This document shows positions 1 to 9,200 of a stretch of 64,000 bases of DNA, piece by piece. How positions within the stretch are numbered: the first letter of the stretch is position 1; each line of letters starts with the position of its first letter. Source of the stretch: Euryarchaeota archaeon UBA256 (GTDB taxonomy: Archaea > Thermoplasmatota > Poseidoniia > Poseidoniales > Poseidoniaceae); contig DACE01000031.1 in the NCBI GenBank assembly GCA_002494645.1, positions 7,471-71,470 of the forward strand. The letters run 5' to 3'. The position numbers were made by a program, and so were the translations under genes. The notes beneath the pieces are model-generated. The model did no database searches. It saw only the letters and a list, made by a program, of their open reading frames with translations, and was not told where the DNA came from.

Positions 1-366
1 GCCTTTGAGATATGCGGTTTGACCACTCACGTCGATGTTGTCACGTCGTGCTGTGGTAAAGGGAGAGGGTGAGCCGGCATTACCGCTGGTATAGTCGGTG
101 TCACCTTCGCCGCCGTAGTGGTTGTTGGTGGTGAAGTTGGTCCAGCTGGTGGAGCTCGCATCGCCGCGAAGGTTGAATTGAGCTGACGTGACCTCGGCTC
201 CGTAGGGAATTGACACGATACCAGCAGTGCCGTTACCGCTGCCCGAAAAGGTATGCTCGTAGGACGTGGAGCCGTCCTTGAACTGCGTTTCAGTGGTCGC
301 GCCCATGGCCAATGGCGAGAGAGTCGAAAGAACAAACACGAGCGTTAGGAATAGTGCACGACGCAT
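1..366 (-). CDS. secreted protein, N-terminal fragment (gene continues beyond window start)
   Basis: The minus-strand frame is open from ATG (366-364) to position 1 with no stop. It is absent from the ORF track because it is open-ended. It translates MRRALFLTLVFVLSTLSPLAMGATTETQFKDGSTSYEH..., a signal peptide followed by T/S/G/N-rich sequence. Listed ORF 27..335 is an out-of-frame shadow. Confidence 0.6.
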   Translation of the reverse strand, partial: MRRALFLTLVFVLSTLSPLAMGATTETQFKDGSTSYEHTFSGSGNGTAGIVSIPYGAEVTSAQFNLRGDASSTSWTNFTTNNHYGGEGDTDYTSGNAGSPSPFTTARRDNIDVSGQTAYLKG

Positions 367-507
367 AATAAGCCACCCAAGACAAACAGTGATGCCTTTC
401 ATTACATTTGAATGATACCCCTTACGGGCACCGATGGAACTTCATGGCAAACACAATCAAAGCGAGGATTGAAGACTTCCAAAGGTCAGCCTCGTAACGG
501 TGAGAAG

Positions 508-900
508 ATGGCAGAACAGGGTTCTTTTTTGAGTCGGCTATGGGCAAAACAATACGGGAAGCAATACGCCATAACCGCCATTGCTTCTGCATCAAGCGCC
601 ATTTTCCTCTTGCTTTGTGGCTATCAAGTTCTTTTCTTACAAAATCACGTAACTTGGGGTTCGTACACGGGCCCAGCTCTGGTTGGGGCGGTCCTCGCGC
701 TGGCCGTCGTCCTCATCTCCTTCCCTGAATACCTTCGATTCAAGGGCCATGTACTCACGCTCGAAGAAATCAAGGGACTACGCTCCACTGCTGAATTACG
801 ACGACAAAAAGCGGATGGTGATTTGGCCGCTCAAGCCCTAGGTGCGGGTCATTTGGAACAATGGCAGGCATTCCTTGATAGCAAAGGCCTCCGACGGTGA
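508..900 (+). CDS. small membrane protein (hypothetical)
   Basis: Lies within ORF 412..900. ATG 508 is preceded by GGTGAG. Two hydrophobic helices (AITAIASASSAIFLLLCGYQVLFL; ALVGAVLALAVVLISF). Lies directly upstream of the signal peptidase gene. Confidence 0.5.
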   Translation: MAEQGSFLSRLWAKQYGKQYAITAIASASSAIFLLLCGYQVLFLQNHVTWGSYTGPALVGAVLALAVVLISFPEYLRFKGHVLTLEEIKGLRSTAELRRQKADGDLAAQALGAGHLEQWQAFLDSKGLRR

Positions 901-946
901 AGCGGAGGCAACAAGGGTGGAAGGACACGACCCCTTGCGGTCGCTG

Positions 947-1909
947 ATGCTTGAACTTCTCTTGGCCGTTGGCATGATTGCCTGCTTGGTTGGAGCCATG
1001 TTCATTCACACTGGGTCCATGCCGCCATTGGTCGTCGTTGAATCGAAATCAATGATCCATGAAGAACAAGGAGAGATTGGAAGCATTGATGCTGGAGACT
1101 TGATACTTGTTCACAACCAACCGGCTGGAACCATCGTCACCTTCGCCGAAGCCACCGATAAAAATCACCGCTCCTACGGTCATGAACGTCACGGAATGGA
1201 AGGTGATGTCATCATTTACGCCAAGAACGGAGAGGAAGGTACACCCATCATCCACCGAGCTATTCTTCGTGTGGTTGCAGAACAAACGGCTCTCCCCGAC
1301 CGCGAGGCTGACATGCCGTGTTCCGAAGAGGCGACCTATGACGCACAACGCATGGCGTCTGACGGCCAAGTAGGAAGTTGCATCTTAACATGGAGCGTGC
1401 CGGGAACCACGGTTAACGACGTCGTCAATATCACCGTCCATTTTGACGGCTCGGATGCAGCCTATTACGATTGTAAACGACCCGCTCACAGCGGGGAAAC
1501 CTATCTTGTTGAACCCCATTTGGTCATTTGGCAGTGGCAACCGACTCACGAAGGAATACTGACCTTGGGCGATAACAACAAATGCTCGGTTGACCAAGGA
1601 GCACAAGCAACCAACGGTTCCTCAGGCGTTCACAGTCCGTCTGGCATCGTTGGCCCCATCCGAGACGGGTGGGTTTTAGGCGTCGCCGGGGGTGAAATTC
1701 CTTGGCTCGGCACGGTGAAGTTGATGATTGGTGGTGAAGATTCCTACGGAACACAAGACGTTCCTCTCTCGTCGTTTACGGCCCTCTTTACCCTTCTCGC
1801 AGTGGTCTTACTGTCTCCCTTTGTAAGCGAACATGTATTCAAGCGCATACTTAGCCGTTCACCCGAATGGAAATGGGCTCAACCTGTTGAAGTTGGCGAA
1901 GAAGAATAG
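947..1909 (+). CDS. type I signal peptidase (archaeal Sec11/S26B-like) with large internal insertion
   Basis: N-terminal TM (LLLAVGMIACLVGAMFI), then VVVESKSMIH (Ser box), GDLILV, IIHRAI (His box) and TLGDNN (GDN box), with a C-terminal TM. About 150 aa are inserted between the His box and the GDNN box. Start is uncertain (GTG 917 or ATG 947; the ORF is open from 842). Confidence 0.7.
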   Translation: MLELLLAVGMIACLVGAMFIHTGSMPPLVVVESKSMIHEEQGEIGSIDAGDLILVHNQPAGTIVTFAEATDKNHRSYGHERHGMEGDVIIYAKNGEEGTPIIHRAILRVVAEQTALPDREADMPCSEEATYDAQRMASDGQVGSCILTWSVPGTTVNDVVNITVHFDGSDAAYYDCKRPAHSGETYLVEPHLVIWQWQPTHEGILTLGDNNKCSVDQGAQATNGSSGVHSPSGIVGPIRDGWVLGVAGGEIPWLGTVKLMIGGEDSYGTQDVPLSSFTALFTLLAVVLLSPFVSEHVFKRILSRSPEWKWAQPVEVGEEE

Positions 1910-2640
1910 CCTGCCTTTGCCAAGGCTTCATCCATCGTCAGTTCACCCTGGCTCACGCGACGTGCGAGGTGAGTTGAGATGGTCAATGAACCTCTCGAGC
2001 GACGGCGACTGATACGTTGGATGTTTCTCACTTCGCCCTCACTGGGTTCAACTTCCCGCCACTCCACGACGGATTGACCGGGCATTCTTGCAATTTTCAA
2101 TGCCGAGTTGGCATGGGCGTTTCGAGCAGTCCCCTGACTTGTTCGGTACTCGTTGACTTGCTGAACTGGATAACCCCGAAGGAGAAATGCATTGACGAGT
2201 TGGTCTCTGTGAAGAGGAGAACCGTGGCCGATACGGACAAGGACGCGCTTTGGAGCGTAAGATTCGATATGGCCTACGAGGGCGTGGACCGTTGCTTCAA
2301 TTGACTCGTGAACCGCTTTGCCCAGGAGTTTTTCATCCGCAAACCAAGCACACCCAGGGCGAGGGCCAGGGTCAATACCGATGAGGAGTTCCTCAATGTT
2401 GTCGAGTTTGTTCACAATCCTCAACCATGAGTTGACTGCAGCGGAGACAGAGTCTGCTTTCACGCCAACACCGCGCCCACCCCGTTGATGGACTTCTTCG
2501 GGTGTTCCAAACCACCATGCATCCCGATCCGGTAGGGCTTGGTCGTGTTCCACGAGGACGGGCGTGATGCCGATGTCTTGCAACACGCGCAGCAAGTGAT
2601 AGGCCATACGGAAATCTTCCGTCCTCACGTAGACCTGCAT
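1879..2640 (-). CDS. putative RNase H-fold nuclease (RuvX/YqgF-like)
   Basis: LIGIDPGPRPGCAW resembles the first catalytic strand of RuvC/YqgF-fold nucleases. QVNEYRTSQGTA resembles the DERxTT motif of YqgF/RuvX. Assigned by motif only. Confidence 0.45.
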   Translation of the reverse strand: MQVYVRTEDFRMAYHLLRVLQDIGITPVLVEHDQALPDRDAWWFGTPEEVHQRGGRGVGVKADSVSAAVNSWLRIVNKLDNIEELLIGIDPGPRPGCAWFADEKLLGKAVHESIEATVHALVGHIESYAPKRVLVRIGHGSPLHRDQLVNAFLLRGYPVQQVNEYRTSQGTARNAHANSALKIARMPGQSVVEWREVEPSEGEVRNIQRISRRRSRGSLTISTHLARRVSQGELTMDEALAKAGYSSSPTSTG

Positions 2641-2770
2641 GATGAGTTAGCCTTGCGGCTGGACCTGTTCTAATCTATCGGTTCGGTGTTTTGGTTCATC
2701 CGAGGATTCACCGTCGCTACCGCGTCATTCTTCCGAAGTTATCAAGAACGATAGACAACGATGCTTGCCC

Positions 2771-3436
2771 ATGACAGGCGCCTATGAGCGGGAGCTTCGC
2801 GAGGTCCTTTCGGGAACTGAAAAGGGCGTGGACAAGGTCACTCGCTCGTGTTCCCCCAAAGAAAAAAGCCGTATGAGTCGTGTCATTGAGCGGCCATTTC
2901 TTGTCGTACGAGCAGCGGGCTCTGGCATGGAAGGCAGCGGAGATCTTGTCGCTATGCGGGGTGACTGCAGTTTTCCAATCGAGGTCAAAACGACCAAGGA
3001 TTTGAAAAAATACTTTTCGGGTCGAACAAAAATTCAACTTGAAGCCATGATTCGTGAGGGAGAGCGTACGGGCCTGATGCCACTCTATGCGCATCGTCTG
3101 AAAGGTTCCCGAGGCGATTCATGGCGCATTTTTCGTGTTGAAACTCGTGGCCTGAGCGGTACCTTGCGACGTTTGGAAAGCCTCATACCTCCATTTCCGT
3201 TGACCAGAAATGGTACGCCGTTTATGGATTGGGAGCAAGGAATGCCACTCAATGAATTCCTTGCGATGATGTGTTCACCTGAAGGAAGAGTTGAGCCGTC
3301 CTTTGATGCAGTGCAGGCAAGAGCGAAACACGTGATGGTCAAGGAGAAGCAAATGGAGCCATCATCAAGTGACATTTTAGCTGAATTGCAACGTCGCCGA
3401 ACGACGACATTGACCCAATTCACAGATAGGGTATGA
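2771..3436 (+). CDS. hjc: Holliday junction resolvase Hjc (archaeal type) with C-terminal extension
   Basis: Ordered Hjc motifs are present: G-x-YERELREVL, VVRAAGSG, GDLVAMRG, IEVKTT. About 85 aa of extra C-terminal sequence. ATG at 2771 (the ORF is open from TTG 2765). Confidence 0.75.
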   Translation: MTGAYERELREVLSGTEKGVDKVTRSCSPKEKSRMSRVIERPFLVVRAAGSGMEGSGDLVAMRGDCSFPIEVKTTKDLKKYFSGRTKIQLEAMIREGERTGLMPLYAHRLKGSRGDSWRIFRVETRGLSGTLRRLESLIPPFPLTRNGTPFMDWEQGMPLNEFLAMMCSPEGRVEPSFDAVQARAKHVMVKEKQMEPSSSDILAELQRRRTTTLTQFTDRV

Positions 3437-4910
3437 ACATCGTAAACAAGAGCATGCCGAGCAACATGAGCGAAGAATAACTCGATGCTTTGGATGAAAG
3501 GTGGTCAACCCACATGGGATGAAGGTCCCATAATTTCAATTTTCGACCCAAGCGTTTGAAGCCGCTCAGCATAGCATGCAACATGTCTCGAAGCATGTGC
3601 CCTCCGTCAAAAGGCACCATGGGAATGAGGTTGGTAAATCCGAGAAGTATGTTAACCCACATCAGCCAAAAGAGGAGGTTAGCGATGAAAAGAAGACCTG
3701 ATGTCCCAAGCAATGCTGCAAAAATGCCGTCTCCCGCTTCAAGCAGACTTTCTTCAAAGGGATGAATTGCAACCCCGTTCATCTCAAAGGGTACGAGAAG
3801 AATTGTGATAACATGAAGGGGGACAGAAAGGGCTCGCTGCAGGAGTGTCCCTTCCCATCGAGGGGAAAGAGGGCCTGCGAGACGATCGATGCCTGCAGTC
3901 CCTTCTGATAGGCCTTCAACTCCCAAGAAAGGGTCGCCCTGCTCAATCTCTAGGGAAGTAAGCAATTCTTCGCTCCATCCAAGTTCGAGGTAGTAGTCAT
4001 ACTTGTCACCAAAGGTTGCGGTGAGAGTTTCACGTTCGCCGTTTTCATGTCGAACGACAAGGTCGACGGTGTCGTTGCTTTGATAGCCGTCAAGGATACT
4101 TCGGAAGGATTCAAGGTCATGCACACCTTGTCCATCAATGGAAATGAGCGTGTCCCATGGTTGCATTCCTGCTTCATCAGCGCCTCCATCTTTGACAATG
4201 CCTTTGACGTGGATATAATCCTCGGTTGCGACAAATTGTCCGGCGAGGCCGCCGAGCAAGAGAAACATCACAAAGGCTGCAAAAATGTTCGTGGCAGGCC
4301 CTGCAGCAAACATCCGGAGACGCTCCCTACGCGGAGCACGAAGCAATTCATCACTCTGCGGTTCAGCAAAAGCGCCCAGGGGAAGAGGACCGAGTTGAAG
4401 CAACCCAAAGGAACGGATTCTCATGCCGTGACCTCGGGCCAGCAAACCGTGACCGAGTTCGTGAATCACGAGGGAGATGATGAAGGCCAAGGCACCCCAT
4501 CCGAGAGGAATGACTGGATTGAGGCCGGGAACTGCGACGAGTTCGCTTGCCGAAGGAGGTGGTGCAGAGGGCGGTGAAAGAACGGAAGTGATGAATGCGA
4601 GGAGGACGAGGAGGCCGACCATCAACATCGAAACTGAACAAACCCAAAGCGAAACTTCTCCATACGCCCTCCAGAATTTGCGGGGGCGGGCCATTCGTTC
4701 CAGCAAGCGTTGCCCTCGTTGGGTTCGTACCATGAGAACGATGCCCAAGGCACGAGTTGCATTCCATCGGTCAAGAGTACCATTTCGCTCCCATCGTTTG
4801 ATGAGAAGATACCACCCGATAAGGAGGGCAAACAGGATTGTCCAATCGGCTTGAACCGACCCCCAAGTGCCCACCATGTGATGACCGACGGGCCGTTCTG
4901 TCTTGAACAT
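3420..4910 (-). CDS. site-2 protease family (M50) membrane metalloprotease with PDZ domain
   Basis: HELGHGLLARGHG (HExxH) lies in a TM helix. NLIPMVPFDGGHML is the second M50 motif. A PDZ-like segment (VKGIVKDGGADEAGMQPWDTLISIDGQ) lies between them. Multiple TM helices. Confidence 0.85.
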   Translation of the reverse strand: MFKTERPVGHHMVGTWGSVQADWTILFALLIGWYLLIKRWERNGTLDRWNATRALGIVLMVRTQRGQRLLERMARPRKFWRAYGEVSLWVCSVSMLMVGLLVLLAFITSVLSPPSAPPPSASELVAVPGLNPVIPLGWGALAFIISLVIHELGHGLLARGHGMRIRSFGLLQLGPLPLGAFAEPQSDELLRAPRRERLRMFAAGPATNIFAAFVMFLLLGGLAGQFVATEDYIHVKGIVKDGGADEAGMQPWDTLISIDGQGVHDLESFRSILDGYQSNDTVDLVVRHENGERETLTATFGDKYDYYLELGWSEELLTSLEIEQGDPFLGVEGLSEGTAGIDRLAGPLSPRWEGTLLQRALSVPLHVITILLVPFEMNGVAIHPFEESLLEAGDGIFAALLGTSGLLFIANLLFWLMWVNILLGFTNLIPMVPFDGGHMLRDMLHAMLSGFKRLGRKLKLWDLHPMWVDHLSSKASSYSSLMLLGMLLFTMFIPYL

Positions 4911-4974
4911 TGATATTGTCTCTCACGTCAAAATCTTGACAAACCTTCTTGACAGGTCGGGCGTTGAGTTGACC

Positions 4975-5493
4975 ATGCACACACACCACATGGCCATTGA
5001 GGTATGGTGTGAAGAGACGTGGGGTGAACGCCCCGTACGAATTTCAGAGTGGGCCACTCACGACAGTATCGTTCAAGTCTTTATTCGTCTTTCTTCGAGC
5101 GTCTTAATCGCTGATTTTGAGGTCAACGGTGAAGGGATGCTTGGCATCCGTCAGCACCTACATGTCCCCCTTGAGACATGGAATCCTGGCTCCATCCAAG
5201 GACTCCGGACATCTGAGGGGAAAACTCGATTCCAGCATCGCCGACAAAGCATCTACCTCTCCAGCGAATTACGCGTCCCTGAATGGGGTGCGGCCTTGCT
5301 TGAAGAATGGCTGATGAGCATGAGAGGCCATGCCACCCGGCCCAAGGACAGATTGCAGCGAATGAATGAAGTCAAGCGCATGAAGACCTCCATTGAACGG
5401 AATCTCGAAAGTGCATCTCTGACCAAAATCACAGATGAGGTTACATCCTTGGATGAACGGGTTGACCGAGTTGGCAACCACTTAGCGAACTGA
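4975..5493 (+). CDS. hypothetical protein
   Basis: Lies within ORF 4903..5493. The first ATG clear of the divergent M50 gene start is 4975. No recognisable motif, apart from a C-terminal coiled-coil-like segment. Confidence 0.35.
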   Translation: MHTHHMAIEVWCEETWGERPVRISEWATHDSIVQVFIRLSSSVLIADFEVNGEGMLGIRQHLHVPLETWNPGSIQGLRTSEGKTRFQHRRQSIYLSSELRVPEWGAALLEEWLMSMRGHATRPKDRLQRMNEVKRMKTSIERNLESASLTKITDEVTSLDERVDRVGNHLAN

Positions 5494-6192
5494 TTCTTCC
5501 ATGGTGGTATCAACGCCAGGGAACTGATCTTCCCCTTCTCTGTACACCGTTCTCATGTTGTTGATGAAATTTCGTTCTTTAACCACAATGGTATACTCTT
5601 TGATACCGTAGTCTTTCTCGCCATCGAGCATCTCCAACAAGACTTGAAGCGTGAGGCGAGCCCCTTCACGGTGCGGATATGCGAATACACCCATCGAAAT
5701 CGGAGGACTCACAATGGAGGTGATGTCGCCCAGTTCTTCAATCGTGGCAAATAAATTTGCATACGTTTCTGCAAGGAGTTCTCTGCGTTCTTCATCTTGA
5801 TTCGGGCGGCGGCAATCAGGGCCAACCACGTGAATGATATGTTTGTAATTCTCACCAAGGGCGTAGGGTTCAGTGGTCACATTCTTGGTAACAGCACAGG
5901 GCGGGGCGTTGATTTTCCGCATGTCAAGACAAATATTTCGGGTAACTTGTGTCAATTCCTTGCCAGCTTTTTGGTGAATCATAGCATCGAGCCCTTCGCG
6001 GCCCGAGAGTCGATTATTGGCAGGTGTGATGAGGACATCACCTGAATGATTCCATACGTCACCGCCCATGACGCGGAGGACGCCCCACTTGCATGTTCGT
6101 GCCATGTAGAGTTCGGCCATCGTCTCTCCAAGATAGGCCACCCTACATATTAACTGCGCATTCAATTCATGAAACTTGTAAAAAATGGACAT
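5482..6192 (-). CDS. macro domain protein (ADP-ribose binding/hydrolase family)
   Basis: GGDVWNHSGDVLITPANNRLSGREGLDAMIHQKAGKEL and HIIHVVGPD match the macro-domain core (GDIT...NAAN...GGG..AIH; HAVGP). ATG 6192 is preceded by GGTGGA. The ORF is open from 6273. Confidence 0.75.
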   Translation of the reverse strand: MSIFYKFHELNAQLICRVAYLGETMAELYMARTCKWGVLRVMGGDVWNHSGDVLITPANNRLSGREGLDAMIHQKAGKELTQVTRNICLDMRKINAPPCAVTKNVTTEPYALGENYKHIIHVVGPDCRRPNQDEERRELLAETYANLFATIEELGDITSIVSPPISMGVFAYPHREGARLTLQVLLEMLDGEKDYGIKEYTIVVKERNFINNMRTVYREGEDQFPGVDTTMEESVR

Positions 6193-6278
6193 ATTTCCAC
6201 CTGGGACAGAGCAGTCAAAGGAATGAGCCACTGGCCCCAAGGCGATACCGCTAAAGCGACACCTGCCTTGCACGAATC

Positions 6279-9200
6279 ATGACCACGAAAAGCGCTATCG
6301 TCGCCGTGGTCCTTTTGTTCTGTTCAACACTCCCGTTAACGACATTGACAAGTTCAGAGAATGCTTCTGAACTCGAAGCGTCATCTTCGACCTTCTTTGA
6401 TGGATTCTTCGTTGGCCACAATGAGGATGTCTGGAATGCAACGCCCTGGCCCACCATCGCCGTACCGGAAGGCTTCACCTACAACAGCGTCATTGATTAC
6501 AGTGATGTTGGTGTCCTCATCAACAACCTCTCTGATGAAAGTCGAACCATCGGTTGGGCTTTCGTAGCGGCTCGCAACATTTCCCTTGATCGCGTCTTCA
6601 TCTTCAACGAAAGCGGAACGCCCACCAAGGAAACCATCAACAGAGACCAATTTGAGACGTACTTTGCCACTCCATTCCTTGAAATGCTTCAAAATCGTTC
6701 CTCAGCGAGTGGAGTCAACTATCTGGTAACTACCAAAGGTATCCCACTTCGTGTTTCTGGAGGCAACGACAAAGCCAGTTTTGACCAAGAGCTCGCTCTC
6801 TTGGGAGGCGCTTACAACAGTTCAATCGGTGGGAATTACTGGATACAACACGATTACGGTCCACTCGCTGGAAAAGCCATGGAGCCCTTCAAGCGAAGCA
6901 AATACGGGTTTTTCTTAGTGACTCGCCTCACAGGTTACACCGTTGATACGGCATTGGAACTCATCGAACGGGCCAATCAAAGCCTCGGCCAACGGGGTGA
7001 GTTTGTACTTGACCTTGCGACCAACCGTAACGGGTCAGGGTACAAGTTTTGGAACGACGATTTGTACACTGCAAATACAACACTCAACGGAAGCATGGGA
7101 TTGCCTGTTACCTTTGATGAAGAATCTGAATTCCTCACGAACGTTTCGAATGTGATGGGTTATGCCTCATGGGGAAGCAACGACGGCAATTGGAACAAAA
7201 ACTACCTGCCCAACGGAGGCTTTGATACCACCGATTCCTCTTGGCAAAGTGGGTCCCGCTATTGGAATTCCAGTGCTCCGACAGTAGCAGTAGGTGACTC
7301 TTTTTCTTGGGCCTATCAAACATCCACAAAACAAGGAGGGAACGGGGCTTTTGAAGCCGCCATCGGTACTGCGTGCCAACAAGATTCTGGCGACATGATG
7401 CAAGGGGTCTACGCAGAATATTTTGACAACGCAGGTGTCAGTTTCAGCACTGCTAGCATGCCGTTACTCATCGACCGTACGCCCGATCACGTGCGCATTG
7501 AACCTCATCTTTCCCACGGCTCCTCGAACAACCCCTATTCTGGACTCGATAACCGATTCAAGCAAGATTGGGGCGCACGGTTTAGCGGACTCATCGACGT
7601 CCCAGACAGCGGAAACTGGACCTTTTACCTCAACTCAGATGACGGTTCAGAACTGTGGATGAACGGTGCAAGTTTAATTCAGAACTACGGCAGTCACGGC
7701 ATGCGGGAATATTCAGCCGTAGTCAATCTCAGTTCCGGAATGCATGATTTCCGCATCGAATTCTTCCAAGGTGGAGGCCCTCACGGGCTCATTCTTTCGT
7801 GGGAAGGGCCAAACACGAGTAAATCGTCGATTCCTGCATCTGCCTTTTACGTGGCCAATAACGACCTCCCTGAGGTCGACGCACTGATTCATTCTTGGCA
7901 ATTCGAGGAAGCGACGGGGAGCCAAGCCAACGATAGCATGGCGAATGGGTCTAATTTCACGCTCAATGGAATGGACAACAGCAACTGGCGCAGTTGTCTG
8001 GACGGTTCGTGCCTGTGGTTTGATGGAAGTAACGATTATGCTCAAGTCAACGTTGATGACTGGGTGGGTAATTTTACCGTAAGCCAATGGGTTTGGGCCA
8101 ACACAACGAACCAATCCGCCTATGCATCGACCTTCGCCATCGATGACAATGCTGGGTCCAACCAATCCTTCCAGCACATGGTTTCTGGAGGAAAATGGTA
8201 CCTTCATAACAATCAGAGCCGAAGTTTTGGTGACGTCATTGCTCAACGTTGGACGCATTTGGTCACCGTTTACGACGGTGGAGAAACGCGCCAATACATG
8301 GATGGCGTGCTCGTGAATACCAACACCTATCCCAACGGTTCCTTCAACAACATTGACCTCTACAAACTTGGCGTCAATCGAGCAGGTTCTTCGTTCTTTG
8401 AAGGGAAAATCGACAACCTCTTGATTTGGGATCGGGCGATAGACAACAGCTCTATCACATCACTTCGTCGTTCAATCGTCGATAATTGCTCAACGTATTC
8501 TGGTCATGGGACAGATGTAGCATCTCTTGAAACTGAATATCCAATTCCATCAAACTTCACGAGTCATGCATGGGTCATCTATGGCTACGGCAAGCGTGCG
8601 GGTGATGTCTACGGTGCCTTTGACATCGTGGTTGATGCTTTGGATGTGAACGGGAACGTCCTCTCATCCAATACCTCGGCAAGTGAAGCCTTCACGACCT
8701 CGTGGGCCTCTGAAACGATGCGTTTTCGACCCCACGCGGATGCGGTCACTCTACGTGTCACGTTCAGTGTTGACATTGTGCCGACCTCGACAGGTGGTTC
8801 TCTGTTTGTGGATTCGGCGGTACTCCGAGTCATACGCCCCCACATGGATTGGGTCAACGGTTCAATCGCAGACACCGCAGTATCAACGGGGGGTCGCTCG
8901 TTCAATTGGGGAACAGCCTACGGCCAATCGCTCATCGCTGACCTGCTTGAGGACGGCGTTTCGGGCGTGAAGGGCTACGTCTACGAGCCTTACCTTACGG
9001 CTGTTGGCATGCCAAGTATTCTTCATCCGAGTTATGCTTCTGGCTACAACCTTGCTGAAAGTCACGCTGCAGCCAACCGAATCTCGGGGTGGATGGGCGT
9101 GGTTGTTGGCGATCCAAAAATGGCAGCTTACGCCGATATCTTCCATGATGTTAACATCGTTGATGTGAGGTCAGATGGCTATGTCAATCAAGGCGAAAAC

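Noticed and set aside
27-335. Listed 102-aa minus-strand ORF at the window start.
   Set aside because: It is a Pro/Thr/Ala-rich out-of-frame shadow. The adjacent frame (1..366) has a proper ATG, a signal peptide and a protein-like composition, and it runs off the window.
4975-6192. Macro-domain gene plus the neighbouring unknown gene as a DarT/DarG-like toxin-antitoxin pair.
   Set aside because: The genes are convergent, overlapping at their 3' ends, rather than co-transcribed. The neighbour shows no ADP-ribosyltransferase-like motifs.
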